A stretch of DNA of 64,000 nt from an uncultured Lutibacter sp. (GCA_963933045.1 CAWVTS010000001.1:1347-65346), one strand, 5' to 3'. Numbered from the stretch's first letter, positions 30,669-41,097 are shown. A program made the numbers and translations. The notes: generated by a model from the letters alone, not told the origin.

Positions 30669-32309
30669 ATGTTTAAGATACTAAAATACAGTTTTGCTTG
30701 TGCATTTCTTATGGTTTCTTGTAAAGAAACTAAACAAAATCAAGCGTTAAATTCTACTGAATCTGAAAAGATACATAAACCAAACATCATCTATATTATG
30801 GCAGATGATTTAACCACGCAAGCCATTAGTGCTTATGGAGGTATTTATAAAGATATTGCACCTACGCCTAATATAGACCGTATAGCATCAGAAGGAATGC
30901 TCTTTCAAGATGTCTTATGTACTAATGCTATTTGTGGACCAAGTAGAGCTGCTATTCTTACAGGTAATTATAGCAATTTAAATGGCTATTATAAAAATGA
31001 AAGTGGCGGGAAATTTGATAAAACACAATGGACTTTTCCACAGGAATTTCAAAAAAACGGATACCAAACCTCACTCTTCGGAAAATGGCATTTAGGGACA
31101 GAGCCTCAAGGGTTTGATGTGTTTAAATACCATAACTCCGCAGGACAGCAAGGGCACTATTGGAATCCTAAATATAATATTAACGGTACTGATGAAAAAG
31201 TAGAAGGCTATTCTACTAACCTAAGTACTAATTTTGCAATGAATTGGTTAGAGTCTGAAAGAAAACAAGACGATCCTTTTTTAATGATTTTGCAATACAA
31301 AGCGCCTCATAGACCATGGCAACCTGATACTAAGTACGAAAAATTGTGGGATGATGTAGAATTTCCTTATCCATCAACATTTAACGATGATTATAAAGGT
31401 CGTGAGTTAACTGCTGGTGATACAGAAATGACAATGGAATATTTCTCACGTAGAGATATGAAGTTTGAAGAGCCTACTAATTTAAAAGGAAAAGAGAAAA
31501 TAAAATGGGCGTTTTATGGTGCAAAGCCAGGAGAAGTTGTGCAACCAGAAGGTATGACTGAAGAAGAAGGTAGGAGATGGAGATACCAAACGTATATTAA
31601 AGATTACTTAGCTTGTGTAAAATCGGTAGATGATAATATTGGTCGTGTATTAAAATATTTAGATGATAATGGTTTAACAGATAATACGATTATTGTATTA
31701 ACATCAGATCAAGGATTTTATCTTGGCGATCATGGGTTCTTCGATAAACGTTTTATCTATGAAGAATCTATTAGAATGCCATTTATGGTAAAATACCCTA
31801 AAGTGGTAAAAGCGGGTTCTGTTAATGAAGACATTATCACAAATGTTGATTTTGCACCAACCTTATTAGATTTAGCCAATATTGATACAAATCAAAAAAT
31901 GCAAGGCCAAAGTTTTAAGTCAGTTTTAAAAGGTAATACACCTGCAGATTGGCAAAAAGGAATGTATTACCATTATTATGAATTCCCTTATTGGCATCAC
32001 GTACAACCACATTACGGAATTAGAACGCAAAAATATACATTGGCACATTTCTACTATAATATAGATATTTGGGAACTATATGATTTAGAAAAAGACCCAA
32101 AACAAATAAATAATATTATTGCAGACCCACAATATGCCAATACGATATCAAATTTAAAAATACAATTAAAAGAACTAATGAAAAAATCTGAAAACAATAA
32201 ATCGCTTGCAGATTTTAGAATGATTACAGATACAGATTTTGGTTCAATAGTTGATAAAAAAGATAGTGAAACCTCAGTTCAAGACGTGTTAACGGGAAAT
32301 ACAAAATAA
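30669..32309 (+). CDS. Cys-type S1 sulfatase, resembling subfamily S1_11 (6-O-sulfatase type)
   Basis: Lipobox MVSC; NIIYIMADDLTTQAISAYGG, CGPSR, GKWHLG, SDQG..HGFFDKRFIYEES. The subfamily call rests on recalled similarity to the DDHTTQA..YGG motif of S1_11. Confidence 0.85.
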   Translation: MFKILKYSFACAFLMVSCKETKQNQALNSTESEKIHKPNIIYIMADDLTTQAISAYGGIYKDIAPTPNIDRIASEGMLFQDVLCTNAICGPSRAAILTGNYSNLNGYYKNESGGKFDKTQWTFPQEFQKNGYQTSLFGKWHLGTEPQGFDVFKYHNSAGQQGHYWNPKYNINGTDEKVEGYSTNLSTNFAMNWLESERKQDDPFLMILQYKAPHRPWQPDTKYEKLWDDVEFPYPSTFNDDYKGRELTAGDTEMTMEYFSRRDMKFEEPTNLKGKEKIKWAFYGAKPGEVVQPEGMTEEEGRRWRYQTYIKDYLACVKSVDDNIGRVLKYLDDNGLTDNTIIVLTSDQGFYLGDHGFFDKRFIYEESIRMPFMVKYPKVVKAGSVNEDIITNVDFAPTLLDLANIDTNQKMQGQSFKSVLKGNTPADWQKGMYYHYYEFPYWHHVQPHYGIRTQKYTLAHFYYNIDIWELYDLEKDPKQINNIIADPQYANTISNLKIQLKELMKKSENNKSLADFRMITDTDFGSIVDKKDSETSVQDVLTGNTK

Positions 32310-33910
32310 TGAAAAGAATATATTTAATAGCATCCATTATTACTGTCGTTATTATAACAGCATTTAATGCTAACAAGCCTTTTAGTGAAAAGTCATCACA
32401 AGCAAAAGTAAAAGGCGTGGTAAATGTTTCAAATGTAGAAAAGAAGAATATTCTTTTCCTCTCTATTGACGATTTAAAACCATTACTTTCTAATTATGGA
32501 GAATCTCAAATGTACACACCAAATTTTGACCGCTTAGCAAAAATGGGAATGACCTTTACTAACGCACACGTGCAGTATGCTGTTTGTGGCCCATCTCGTG
32601 CAAGCGTAATGACAGGAACTAACCCAGATAAAACAAAGGTTTGGGATTTACATACAAATTTTAGAGAATCTGCACCAGATTTAATATCAATGCCAGAATA
32701 TTTAATTTCTCGTGGATACCAATCTACGGGCGTAGGTAAAATTTATCATAAAAACTCTTCTTCGTCAGGTCATGATGGTAAGAGTTGGAGCATACCTCAT
32801 AGACTTCCTAAAAATTTTGATCCAGTTTATGGAAATGCAGCATTAAATAACTATCAAAGTATCGAAACTAAAAAGGAAGTAAAACGACTTGCTGCTGAAG
32901 CTAGAGATAAAGGAATTAGTAAAAAAGGTAAAATTCAAAACTATATAAAAAAACGTATCAAGCCAAGTACAGAAAGTGCTGATGTTTCAGATGAAGCGTA
33001 TTTAGATGGAATTTACACTCAAACCGCTTTAAAACAAATAGATGAATTAGAGAAGTCAGCAAATCCATGGTTTTTGGCTGTAGGTTATCAAAGACCACAT
33101 TTACCTTTTGTAGCACCAAAAAAGTATTGGGGTTTATACGACAGAGATAAAATTGAATTAGCAAAATTTCAAGATTTAGCAAATGGAACACCAAGTTATG
33201 CTTACCATTCTTATGGAGAATTAAGATCTTATTCAGACATAGATAGTAAATTAAATATAGGTGATAAATTACCTGAGGTCAAGCAACGTGAATTAATTCA
33301 TGGTTACATGGCTTGTATCTCATATATAGATGCACAATTAGGTAAACTTTTTGATGAGTTAGAAAAAAGGGAAATTCTTGAGGATACAGTAATTGTACTT
33401 TGGGGAGATCACGGGTTTCATTTAGGAGATCATACAGAATGGTGTAAACATTCAAATTTTGAGCAAGCAACGCGTATTCCGTTTATGTTTGCTGGCCCTG
33501 GTGTAAAAGAAAACCAAAAGTCACATCATCCTGTAAACTTGGTGGACTTATTTCCAACAGTTTTTGAATTGGCTAATGTAAAGCAAAGTGTTCAAACCGA
33601 TGGAAAATCATTAGTGCCACTTTTAGATAATGATAAATCTACAAATATAGATATGGATTACGCATATCATCAATACAGACGTCAAAAACGAATGGGCTAT
33701 GGGATAAGAACAGACCGTTACCGCTATACCGAGTGGCACGATAACAATTATAGGAGTTATGATATTTATAAAAAGGATAATATAGTTGGACGAGAATTGT
33801 ATGATTATGAAAAAGATCCTTTAGAAACAAGAAATTTGGTTGATGATTTAACGTATGCTTCAGTAGTAAAAGATTTGAAAGTAAAACTCAAATCGCATTT
33901 AACAAAATAA
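32309..33910 (+). CDS. Cys-type S1 sulfatase, iduronate-2-sulfatase-like (S1_7-like)
   Basis: NILFLSIDDLKP, CGPSRAS, GKIYH, RPHLPFVAPKKYW, WGDHGFHLGDH..WCKH. Confidence 0.88.
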   Translation: MKRIYLIASIITVVIITAFNANKPFSEKSSQAKVKGVVNVSNVEKKNILFLSIDDLKPLLSNYGESQMYTPNFDRLAKMGMTFTNAHVQYAVCGPSRASVMTGTNPDKTKVWDLHTNFRESAPDLISMPEYLISRGYQSTGVGKIYHKNSSSSGHDGKSWSIPHRLPKNFDPVYGNAALNNYQSIETKKEVKRLAAEARDKGISKKGKIQNYIKKRIKPSTESADVSDEAYLDGIYTQTALKQIDELEKSANPWFLAVGYQRPHLPFVAPKKYWGLYDRDKIELAKFQDLANGTPSYAYHSYGELRSYSDIDSKLNIGDKLPEVKQRELIHGYMACISYIDAQLGKLFDELEKREILEDTVIVLWGDHGFHLGDHTEWCKHSNFEQATRIPFMFAGPGVKENQKSHHPVNLVDLFPTVFELANVKQSVQTDGKSLVPLLDNDKSTNIDMDYAYHQYRRQKRMGYGIRTDRYRYTEWHDNNYRSYDIYKKDNIVGRELYDYEKDPLETRNLVDDLTYASVVKDLKVKLKSHLTK

Positions 33911-33911
33911 T

Positions 33912-33945
33912 AAAAAAAGTGATAAATTTAATTATCGCTTTTTTT
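33912..33945 (+). terminator. Rho-independent terminator inside the PUL
   Basis: aaaaaagtgataa-attta a-ttatcgctttttt hairpin plus T-tract. Confidence 0.7.
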
Positions 33946-34015
33946 GGCGTAACTTCTGAATTAAACTAGCAGATAATAATAAAGTCTAAACTAAACTTTA
34001 ACTATTAAAATAGAA

Positions 34016-35398
34016 ATGAAAAAAATCAGACTTTTGCTTGCTTTCTGTCTATCTGTCATTGCTTTTGCTCAAGACAAGCCTAACATCCTAATCATCCATA
34101 CAGATGATTTAGGCTTTCATGATTTAAGCATGAATGGTTCGGAAATTTATCAAACGCCAAATATTGATGCTTTAGCAAAAGAATCGATAGTTTTCAATAA
34201 TGCCTACGCTAATTATCCACGTTGTGTGCCTTCACGTTTCGCAATGATGACAGGGAATTATCCAATTCAAAATGGAAATGTGTCAGATGACGGGTTTGAA
34301 ATTAATAGTATTGCAGACAATAAAAACTTTGTAAAAAACATAAAGAATGCTGGTTACCAAACCGCTTACTTCGGAAAATGGCATTTGGGAAGTGAAGAGA
34401 GTTTAAAAGAGTTTGGTTACGACTACAGTTTTGCTGCTGGTGATGCAGGTTCGCCTATTAGTTTCTTGTATCCTTTTAATGTTCTTAAACTCGGAAATGG
34501 TAAATCTAATAAATCACTAATTCCAGATGTAGATGCGGTAAGTAAAGAAGGTGATTACTTGATGGATGTGATGGCAGATAATGTTGCAAAATATATTACT
34601 AATATAGATAAGAATAAACCATTTATGGCAATGTTTTCCTTTTATGCAGTGCATCAACCTTTAGAAGCAAAGCAGGAAGATATTCAACGGAACAAAGAAG
34701 AAATTAAAAAATTTGACTTTGGAATTCAGCCAGAATTCATAAAAGAAGGCACAGGGCGAACCAAAATGCGTCAAAACCACCCTAAATATGCTGCGATGGT
34801 AGAAATTATGGATGAAAACATAGGGAAACTATTGCAACTACTAATAGATTTGAAGATAGATGATAACACTATTGTAATTTTTTCATCAGATCATGGAGGC
34901 CTTTCAAACGAAGGGACAAAACAACGAGACTTAGCAACATCCAATTATCCGCTTCGTGCTGGAAAAGGATGGTTGTATGATGGCGGAATTAAAGTACCTC
35001 TGTTCGTTAAATGGAATAAGAAGTTTCAACCAAAAAAAGATAATGAATCTTTGGTAATGCTAATGGATGTCTTTCCTACAGTTTTAGATATTGTCGCAAA
35101 TAAGTCTTTAGAAACAAATGGGAAAAGCCTGCTTCCGTTGTTAAATAATCAGGAAACTTGGAATGATAGAACTGTATTCTGGCATTCATCAAAAGCAAGA
35201 CCTGTAAATACAGGAGATACAAAATCGTCTGCTATTAGAAAAGGAGATTATAAACTGATTAATTGGTATAAAGAAGGTCGAATAGAATTGTATAATATAG
35301 TTAAAGATCCATTTGAAAGTAACGATATTTCAAAAGACAAAACTCAATTAACGGAACAGTTGTTAAATGAATTAAATAATTGGAAAGTTAATTTTTAA
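34016..35398 (+). CDS. Cys-type S1 sulfatase (arylsulfatase/GALNS-like, subfamily unassigned)
   Basis: PNILIIHTDDLG, CVPSR, GKWHLG, YAVHQP, SSDHGG, PLRAGKGWLYDGGIKVP. Confidence 0.9.
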   Translation: MKKIRLLLAFCLSVIAFAQDKPNILIIHTDDLGFHDLSMNGSEIYQTPNIDALAKESIVFNNAYANYPRCVPSRFAMMTGNYPIQNGNVSDDGFEINSIADNKNFVKNIKNAGYQTAYFGKWHLGSEESLKEFGYDYSFAAGDAGSPISFLYPFNVLKLGNGKSNKSLIPDVDAVSKEGDYLMDVMADNVAKYITNIDKNKPFMAMFSFYAVHQPLEAKQEDIQRNKEEIKKFDFGIQPEFIKEGTGRTKMRQNHPKYAAMVEIMDENIGKLLQLLIDLKIDDNTIVIFSSDHGGLSNEGTKQRDLATSNYPLRAGKGWLYDGGIKVPLFVKWNKKFQPKKDNESLVMLMDVFPTVLDIVANKSLETNGKSLLPLLNNQETWNDRTVFWHSSKARPVNTGDTKSSAIRKGDYKLINWYKEGRIELYNIVKDPFESNDISKDKTQLTEQLLNELNNWKVNF

Positions 35399-35407
35399 GC
35401 CAAGTAA

Positions 35408-37153
35408 ATGAAATTATTTTTTACCATAATCGTTATCCTTTTATTCTTAACTACTTTTGCGCAAAGCGGGCCAAAAGGTGAAAATTTGATAAACCAAAAT
35501 AGGATTAAATTTTTGGGTGCTAAAAATGATTATTCAAGCATAGAAAAATCTAAAGACGAGAATGATCATTTTCAGTTTTTAATTGGGACTAAAATAGAAC
35601 CGAAATTTATATACAATTGTGCCGCAAAAATTCCTATTAATGCTAAAGGAAGTAAAAACGGTACAGTATTTCTATTATCCTTTAAAGCAAGAACCCAAAA
35701 AGCGAGTTTAGAAACGGGTGAAGCCAAAGCACTTTTTATATTTAAACAAACGGCAGATTATAAAGGCAACATTAATTATACTCAAAGTTTCTCTTCAGAG
35801 TGGCAAACCTACTACCTTCCATTTGAAGCGGATAGGTATATTAAGAAAGAAAATTTAGGGATTGTAATGCAATATGGCTATAGTCCGCAATCTTTTTTAA
35901 TTAAAAACATTAAGTTTGAGATTTTTCCTGAAGGCACAAAACTAGAAAGTTTGCCAAAAACCAAAATCACATACTTAGGAATGAAAACTAATGCTCAATG
36001 GAGAAAAGAAGCGAATGAACGCATAGAAGTCATCAGAAAAGGAGATTTTAAATTGGAGTTGACTAAAAATGGTAAAGCAATTGCCAATAAAATCATTAAT
36101 GTTAAATTGATTAATCATGACTTTCTATTTGGTGCTAGAATGGCAGCTGAAGACATTGTAAATAATTCAGATGATTATAAAAATTTCAAAAAAGCCTTTA
36201 ATTGTGTTGTTCTAGGAAACGACTTAAAAATTAAGCATTGGAATCGAGAAGATAAACAGAAGCAAACACTCATAGCATTAGATATCTTAAAAGCAGATGG
36301 CTACCCAGTTAAAGGTCATGTGTTGATTTGGCCAGGATTTAATCATTTGACTAAAACGATAAGACAAAATAAAAATAATCCTGAAAAGGTGGCACAAATT
36401 ATAGAGTCACATATTAATGATATTCTAGATGCTACAAAAGGAAAAGTGACGCATTGGGATGTTGTAAATGAAACTTATACCAACAAAGATTTACAGAAAA
36501 TTACAGGAAGTGAGGAGGTACTTTATAATGGATTTAGAACCATAGCAAAGAAACAACCTAATTTACGTCGCTTTACTAACGAATATGGCATTATTAGTAA
36601 AGGAGGAATTGATACTCAAAAGCAAGAATGGTATTACGGTTTTATAAAACGTATTGACGAAAACACTAACGGTTTAGTTCAAGGAATAGGTATACAAAGC
36701 CATATTGGGAGTGATTTAACACCACCAGAACGGATGCTAGAAATTTTAGATTATTATGCTCAATTAAATAAGAAAATTAGCATTTCAGAATTTACAATGG
36801 ATGTCCAAGATGTAAAGGTAAGAGAACAATACACACGAGATTTTATGATTGCAGCTTTTAGCCACCCTAATGTATCTGAATTTTTGTTTTGGGGAAATAC
36901 AGAAGATGGTCGTAAAAAATCAGATATTTTTACTGTTGATAATGAAATTGGAGTTATGGGAAAAGCCTATTTCTCATTAGTTCATGATGCTTGGAAAACA
37001 AATTTAAACGGAGCGACTTCAGAAGAAGGACTTATTTCAGGTCGTGGATTTTTTGGTACTTACCAATATTCATTTATAGAAGATGGAAAGGTTATTAAAG
37101 GCACTTTTCAACTAAAATCAAGACAACTTGGATCCATTAAAATTAAACTATAA
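35408..37153 (+). CDS. GH10 (endo-xylanase-like) with N-terminal CBM-like domain
   Basis: KGHVLIWPG, acid/base WDVVNE, GIGIQSH, nucleophile SISEFT; N-terminal beta-sandwich (SFKAR..SSEWQTYYLPF) resembling CBM4/22. Confidence 0.82.
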   Translation: MKLFFTIIVILLFLTTFAQSGPKGENLINQNRIKFLGAKNDYSSIEKSKDENDHFQFLIGTKIEPKFIYNCAAKIPINAKGSKNGTVFLLSFKARTQKASLETGEAKALFIFKQTADYKGNINYTQSFSSEWQTYYLPFEADRYIKKENLGIVMQYGYSPQSFLIKNIKFEIFPEGTKLESLPKTKITYLGMKTNAQWRKEANERIEVIRKGDFKLELTKNGKAIANKIINVKLINHDFLFGARMAAEDIVNNSDDYKNFKKAFNCVVLGNDLKIKHWNREDKQKQTLIALDILKADGYPVKGHVLIWPGFNHLTKTIRQNKNNPEKVAQIIESHINDILDATKGKVTHWDVVNETYTNKDLQKITGSEEVLYNGFRTIAKKQPNLRRFTNEYGIISKGGIDTQKQEWYYGFIKRIDENTNGLVQGIGIQSHIGSDLTPPERMLEILDYYAQLNKKISISEFTMDVQDVKVREQYTRDFMIAAFSHPNVSEFLFWGNTEDGRKKSDIFTVDNEIGVMGKAYFSLVHDAWKTNLNGATSEEGLISGRGFFGTYQYSFIEDGKVIKGTFQLKSRQLGSIKIKL

Positions 37154-37157
37154 TATC

Positions 37158-38828
37158 ATGAAAAATTCACTCATCATTCTTATTTTGTTATCATGTTATT
37201 CACAGTCTAAAAATGAAACTCAAAAAACTATTAAAAAAACACAACCTAATATTTTATGGATTGTTACAGAAGATATAAGCCCTGTTTTTTCATTTTATGG
37301 TGATAATACTGCAAAAACACCAAACTTGGATACGTTGGCAAAAGAAAGTGTAGTTTATGACAATGCTTTTGCTGTAGTTGGCGTTTGTGGACCTAGTCGT
37401 TCGGCGATTATTACTGGGATGTATCCAACAACTATTGGTACTATGCATATGCGTACAGGACAAGATGTAATGTCTTGGGGAAAGCGCAAGTATAAAGATT
37501 CAGCATCTACAGGGAGAGACGATGTTAACGGAACACCAATTAGGCAGTATTCTGCAGTAATTCCCAAACAGATAAAATGCTTTACTGAATATCTACGCAC
37601 TGCAGGTTACTATTGTACGAATAATGAAAAAACAGATTATCAATTTGCAGCACCTGTATCTGCTTGGGATCAAAACAACAAAAAAGCACATTGGAGAAAT
37701 AGGCCAAAAAACAAGCCTTTCTTTTCGGTATTTAATATTGGTACAACGCATGAAAGTCGCCTTTGGAAAAATGAAAATTCACCTTTAACTGTAAAACCAG
37801 AAGATGTTTCTGTACCACCATATTTACCAGATAACGAAGCCACGAGAGAAACCATTGCACGTCATTATAGTAATGTAGAATTAATGGATGCTGAAGTAGG
37901 TGCTTTCATAAAACAACTTAAAGAGGATGGTTTGTACGATAATACCATTGTTTTCTTTTACAGTGATCATGGTGGACCGTTGCCAAGACAGAAACGTGAG
38001 ATCTACGATTCTGGTTTAAAAGTACCATTTATGATTAAAGGTATTAATGCTGAAAGTGGACGAACAGACCGTATGATTTCTTTTGTAGATTTAGCACCAA
38101 CTATCTTAAGTTTGACTGGTGTTAAACTTCCTGAGTATTTAGAAGGAAAAGCCTTTTTAGGTAAATTTGATGCGAAAAAGCGTAATTATATTTTTGGAGC
38201 TTCAGATCGCTTTGATGGATATACAGACAGAACAAGAGCTATTAGAAACAAACAGTTTTTATACTTACGAAACGATTTTCCTGAACTCACAAAATATAAA
38301 GATGTTGATTATAGAAAAAATGTACCAATGATGTCTGTATTTTTAGAACTTGAAAAAGAAAATAAATTAAATGATATACAAGAGATTTGGTTTGATTCAA
38401 AAACCAATGAAGAGTTATACGATTGCGCAGCAGATCCACATAATATAAATAATCTTGCAGAAGATACTCAATACGCTTCTGTTTTAACTAAAATGCGCCA
38501 AACTTTAAAAATTCATTTTAATAATAGACCAGATTTAGGCTTACAACCAGAGGCTGAATTGCTAAATAGAATGTGGCCAAATTATGAACAGCCAATCACT
38601 ACTTCTGTAGATTTGGATATTGTAGAGGGCTTAGCAAGACTAACTTCGAAAACTAAAGGTGCTTCTATTGCTTACATTATTTCTGATAAATCAAATAAAA
38701 AACTCGATTTGAATTGTCCTTGGCAATTATATAAAGAGCCAATTTCAGTTGAAAAAGGAAAAGTACTTTACACTATAGCACAACGTATTGGATATAAAGA
38801 AAGTAAAATAACAATTAAGAAGATTTAA
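37158..38828 (+). CDS. Cys-type S1 sulfatase, SGSH/S1_8-like, with small C-terminal beta domain
   Basis: PNILWIVTEDISP, CGPSRSAIITG, TNNEKTDYQF, SDHGGPLPRQKR. Start set at ATG 37158 (signal MKNSLIILILLSC). Confidence 0.88.
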   Translation: MKNSLIILILLSCYSQSKNETQKTIKKTQPNILWIVTEDISPVFSFYGDNTAKTPNLDTLAKESVVYDNAFAVVGVCGPSRSAIITGMYPTTIGTMHMRTGQDVMSWGKRKYKDSASTGRDDVNGTPIRQYSAVIPKQIKCFTEYLRTAGYYCTNNEKTDYQFAAPVSAWDQNNKKAHWRNRPKNKPFFSVFNIGTTHESRLWKNENSPLTVKPEDVSVPPYLPDNEATRETIARHYSNVELMDAEVGAFIKQLKEDGLYDNTIVFFYSDHGGPLPRQKREIYDSGLKVPFMIKGINAESGRTDRMISFVDLAPTILSLTGVKLPEYLEGKAFLGKFDAKKRNYIFGASDRFDGYTDRTRAIRNKQFLYLRNDFPELTKYKDVDYRKNVPMMSVFLELEKENKLNDIQEIWFDSKTNEELYDCAADPHNINNLAEDTQYASVLTKMRQTLKIHFNNRPDLGLQPEAELLNRMWPNYEQPITTSVDLDIVEGLARLTSKTKGASIAYIISDKSNKKLDLNCPWQLYKEPISVEKGKVLYTIAQRIGYKESKITIKKI

Positions 38829-39003
38829 TAGTGCAGTTTAGAAAGACTATTCAAAAAACAACTATTTTCACACAATACTTCCTGAAAAGCAATATAATAA
38901 GCCAATAATTACGTAAAGCAAACATTATCTGACTATAATGAAACCTTAAAATTGTATTTTTTTAGGAATTTTGTAATTCAATAAATCAAAAGAACTGTTT
39001 TTT

Positions 39004-40722
39004 ATGAAACTCAAAACTTATTTTTTAACTTTTATTTTAGTTGTTGCTTTCGCTTGTTGTGAAGATGAAAATAATGATACAGCTGGAACCGGAATTATTG
39101 ATTTTAAAATTTCTGAAATTTCTGAAGTGGAAAATGCAACTAATTCACTTACACTTAATATTGGTATTGACAACTATAATCATTCTGGAGGAAGTGTTGA
39201 TGTTTCAATTTCAGGTGCAATCTATGGAGCTGACTATGAAACTAGTACTGGAAATTCATCTTTTACATTAGAAATTTCTGAAAACACATTAGTTTCTGGA
39301 TTTTCAATTATCCCCATAGATAATAATATATTAGATGGTAATAAAACCCTTACAATAACTTTATCAAATGCAGTTGGAGCTCTAGAGTTAGGAGAAAACA
39401 TTACGTTTAATTATCACATTATTGACAACGAAGAACCAATAATCTCTATTCTTAATTTTCAAAATACTGTATATGAAATTCAAGAAAATGATGCTAATAC
39501 AACAATGATAAATGTTGATTTTGATTTACCAACAACAGATGGAGGAACTATTGATGTAACCTCTTCAGGTGATGCTGTTTTTGGAACAGACTTTGCGATT
39601 GATGGTCAAACTTCTAGCAATTTTACTATTACGGTTCCTGCTGGAGCTACAAGTACTAGTTTTGATATTTCACCAATTGATAATGCTGATTTTGCAGCAA
39701 ATAAATCGGTAATTTTTACATTATTAAGTGTAGATGGAGGTTTAAGTCTTGGCGCGTTAGTTGAGACAGAAGTGACAGTAATAAATGATGATGCTTCGCC
39801 ATCAAAATTGATAGATTTTAACACAGGAAATGTTATAAGTATAAATGAAGATGCTGGAATGCTTACTGTAACTTTTGATCTTTCAGGAGTCACAATAGAT
39901 GATGCAACGGTAGAACTCACAGCAACTGGAACGGCAACTTCTGGAAGTGACTATACATTTGATGGTTCTTCAACAAACCCATATACATTTACTGTTTTAG
40001 CAGGAAGTTCAACAGCAACACTAGAAATTCCAATTACTGATGATACTGATATTGAATCAGATGAAACGGTAACTTTAGAGTTAACAAACGCTACTGGTGG
40101 ATTGGAAGTTGGAGTAAACAATACTCAATATATTTTTACAATTACTGATAATGATTTTATGCCATTTAATTATGTTGAAACATTTGAAACCGCATCAGAT
40201 TTAGCAGGTATTGGCTATGAAATATTATTTGCAACTCAAAACTTACCTACAAGCAGATTATTAAAGTACAATAATAACGCTGGAAAATATAGTGATGTAG
40301 ATGATGTGAATGCAGATTCGGATAGTGGGATAGTAATATTTTATAAAAACGATTTTGATGGAAATGGAGTTATCGATAATATGTTAGTCTCTCCAATTAT
40401 GGGGGTTACAGGCGATGTTACCGTATCATTTGATGTTGCTTTTGAACAAACTTCAACCTTTAATAATGCCGATGTGAAGTTTTACTATTCTGAAACTTAT
40501 AATGGATCTGAGACATGGACAGCATCAGACTGGATAGAAATGGGTTCTGAGACAGCACTACTTATGGAAGGAGAAGGCTTCGGTATAGGAGATTATAAAA
40601 GGAAAGAAATGAGTATTAATCCTACAGCAAGTTTTTATGTTGCAGTTAGGGTAAATCAAACAATTGATGATACTTATTGGAAAACACAATGGCGTTTTGA
40701 TAACATAAAAGTGTTAAACTAA
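39004..40722 (+). CDS. Surface lipoprotein with three Calx-beta-like repeats and a C-terminal beta-sandwich
   Basis: Lipobox FACC; three repeats with G.A..G.DY/F...T.T..AG.....F.I..IDN/DD...E..K....TL...GGL..G. Confidence 0.75.
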   Translation: MKLKTYFLTFILVVAFACCEDENNDTAGTGIIDFKISEISEVENATNSLTLNIGIDNYNHSGGSVDVSISGAIYGADYETSTGNSSFTLEISENTLVSGFSIIPIDNNILDGNKTLTITLSNAVGALELGENITFNYHIIDNEEPIISILNFQNTVYEIQENDANTTMINVDFDLPTTDGGTIDVTSSGDAVFGTDFAIDGQTSSNFTITVPAGATSTSFDISPIDNADFAANKSVIFTLLSVDGGLSLGALVETEVTVINDDASPSKLIDFNTGNVISINEDAGMLTVTFDLSGVTIDDATVELTATGTATSGSDYTFDGSSTNPYTFTVLAGSSTATLEIPITDDTDIESDETVTLELTNATGGLEVGVNNTQYIFTITDNDFMPFNYVETFETASDLAGIGYEILFATQNLPTSRLLKYNNNAGKYSDVDDVNADSDSGIVIFYKNDFDGNGVIDNMLVSPIMGVTGDVTVSFDVAFEQTSTFNNADVKFYYSETYNGSETWTASDWIEMGSETALLMEGEGFGIGDYKRKEMSINPTASFYVAVRVNQTIDDTYWKTQWRFDNIKVLN

Positions 40723-40753
40723 CTAAATAATTTTAAATCTAAATAATTAAAAA

Positions 40754-41092
40754 ATGAAAAAAATAATTTTTACAGCAATATTACTTATTGGATTTGCAGT
40801 TTCAGGATTTGCACAGTCAGATAAAATGAAAGAAAAAGCAAAAGAAAAAGTTGAGCAAATAAATACTCAAATAACTACTTCTGATAAATCTCTAGCCTTA
40901 ACTGATGAGCAGAGAGAGCAAATTTTTATTGTTCAAATTAATATGATGAAAGAAGTAAAAGTATTGCGAAAAGAAAAAGCAGAAAAAAATGCTATTAAAG
41001 CAGTTTATAAAAAATACGGTCAAAAAATATTTAAAGAGATTTTGACCAAAGAACAGATGAAAGCTCGTAAAATATCAAGAGAGAATAAATAA
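40754..41092 (+). CDS. Small secreted helical protein with LTxxQ-type motifs (Spy/CpxP-like)
   Basis: Signal peptide ending FA-Q; LALTDEQREQI and ILTKEQMK; Lys/Glu-rich. Confidence 0.55.
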   Translation: MKKIIFTAILLIGFAVSGFAQSDKMKEKAKEKVEQINTQITTSDKSLALTDEQREQIFIVQINMMKEVKVLRKEKAEKNAIKAVYKKYGQKIFKEILTKEQMKARKISRENK

Positions 41093-41097
41093 TTTCA

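Noticed and set aside
30669-38828. Carrageenan, ulvan or GAG pathway assignment from the sulfatase types
   Set aside because: No GH16/GH82/GH127/GH129, ulvan lyase, GH78/GH105 or PL8/GH88 genes are present in the locus.
38852-38880. ACAACTATTT similar to the post-tRNA direct repeat
   Set aside because: A 10-bp AT-rich match is expected by chance, and the flanking palindrome and tRNA end are absent, so it is not called an attR.
39606-39920. Antisense ORF in the Calx-beta gene, and the many other 60-130 aa ORFs nested in long genes
   Set aside because: Fully overlapped by well-supported CDSs and lacking recognisable motifs.
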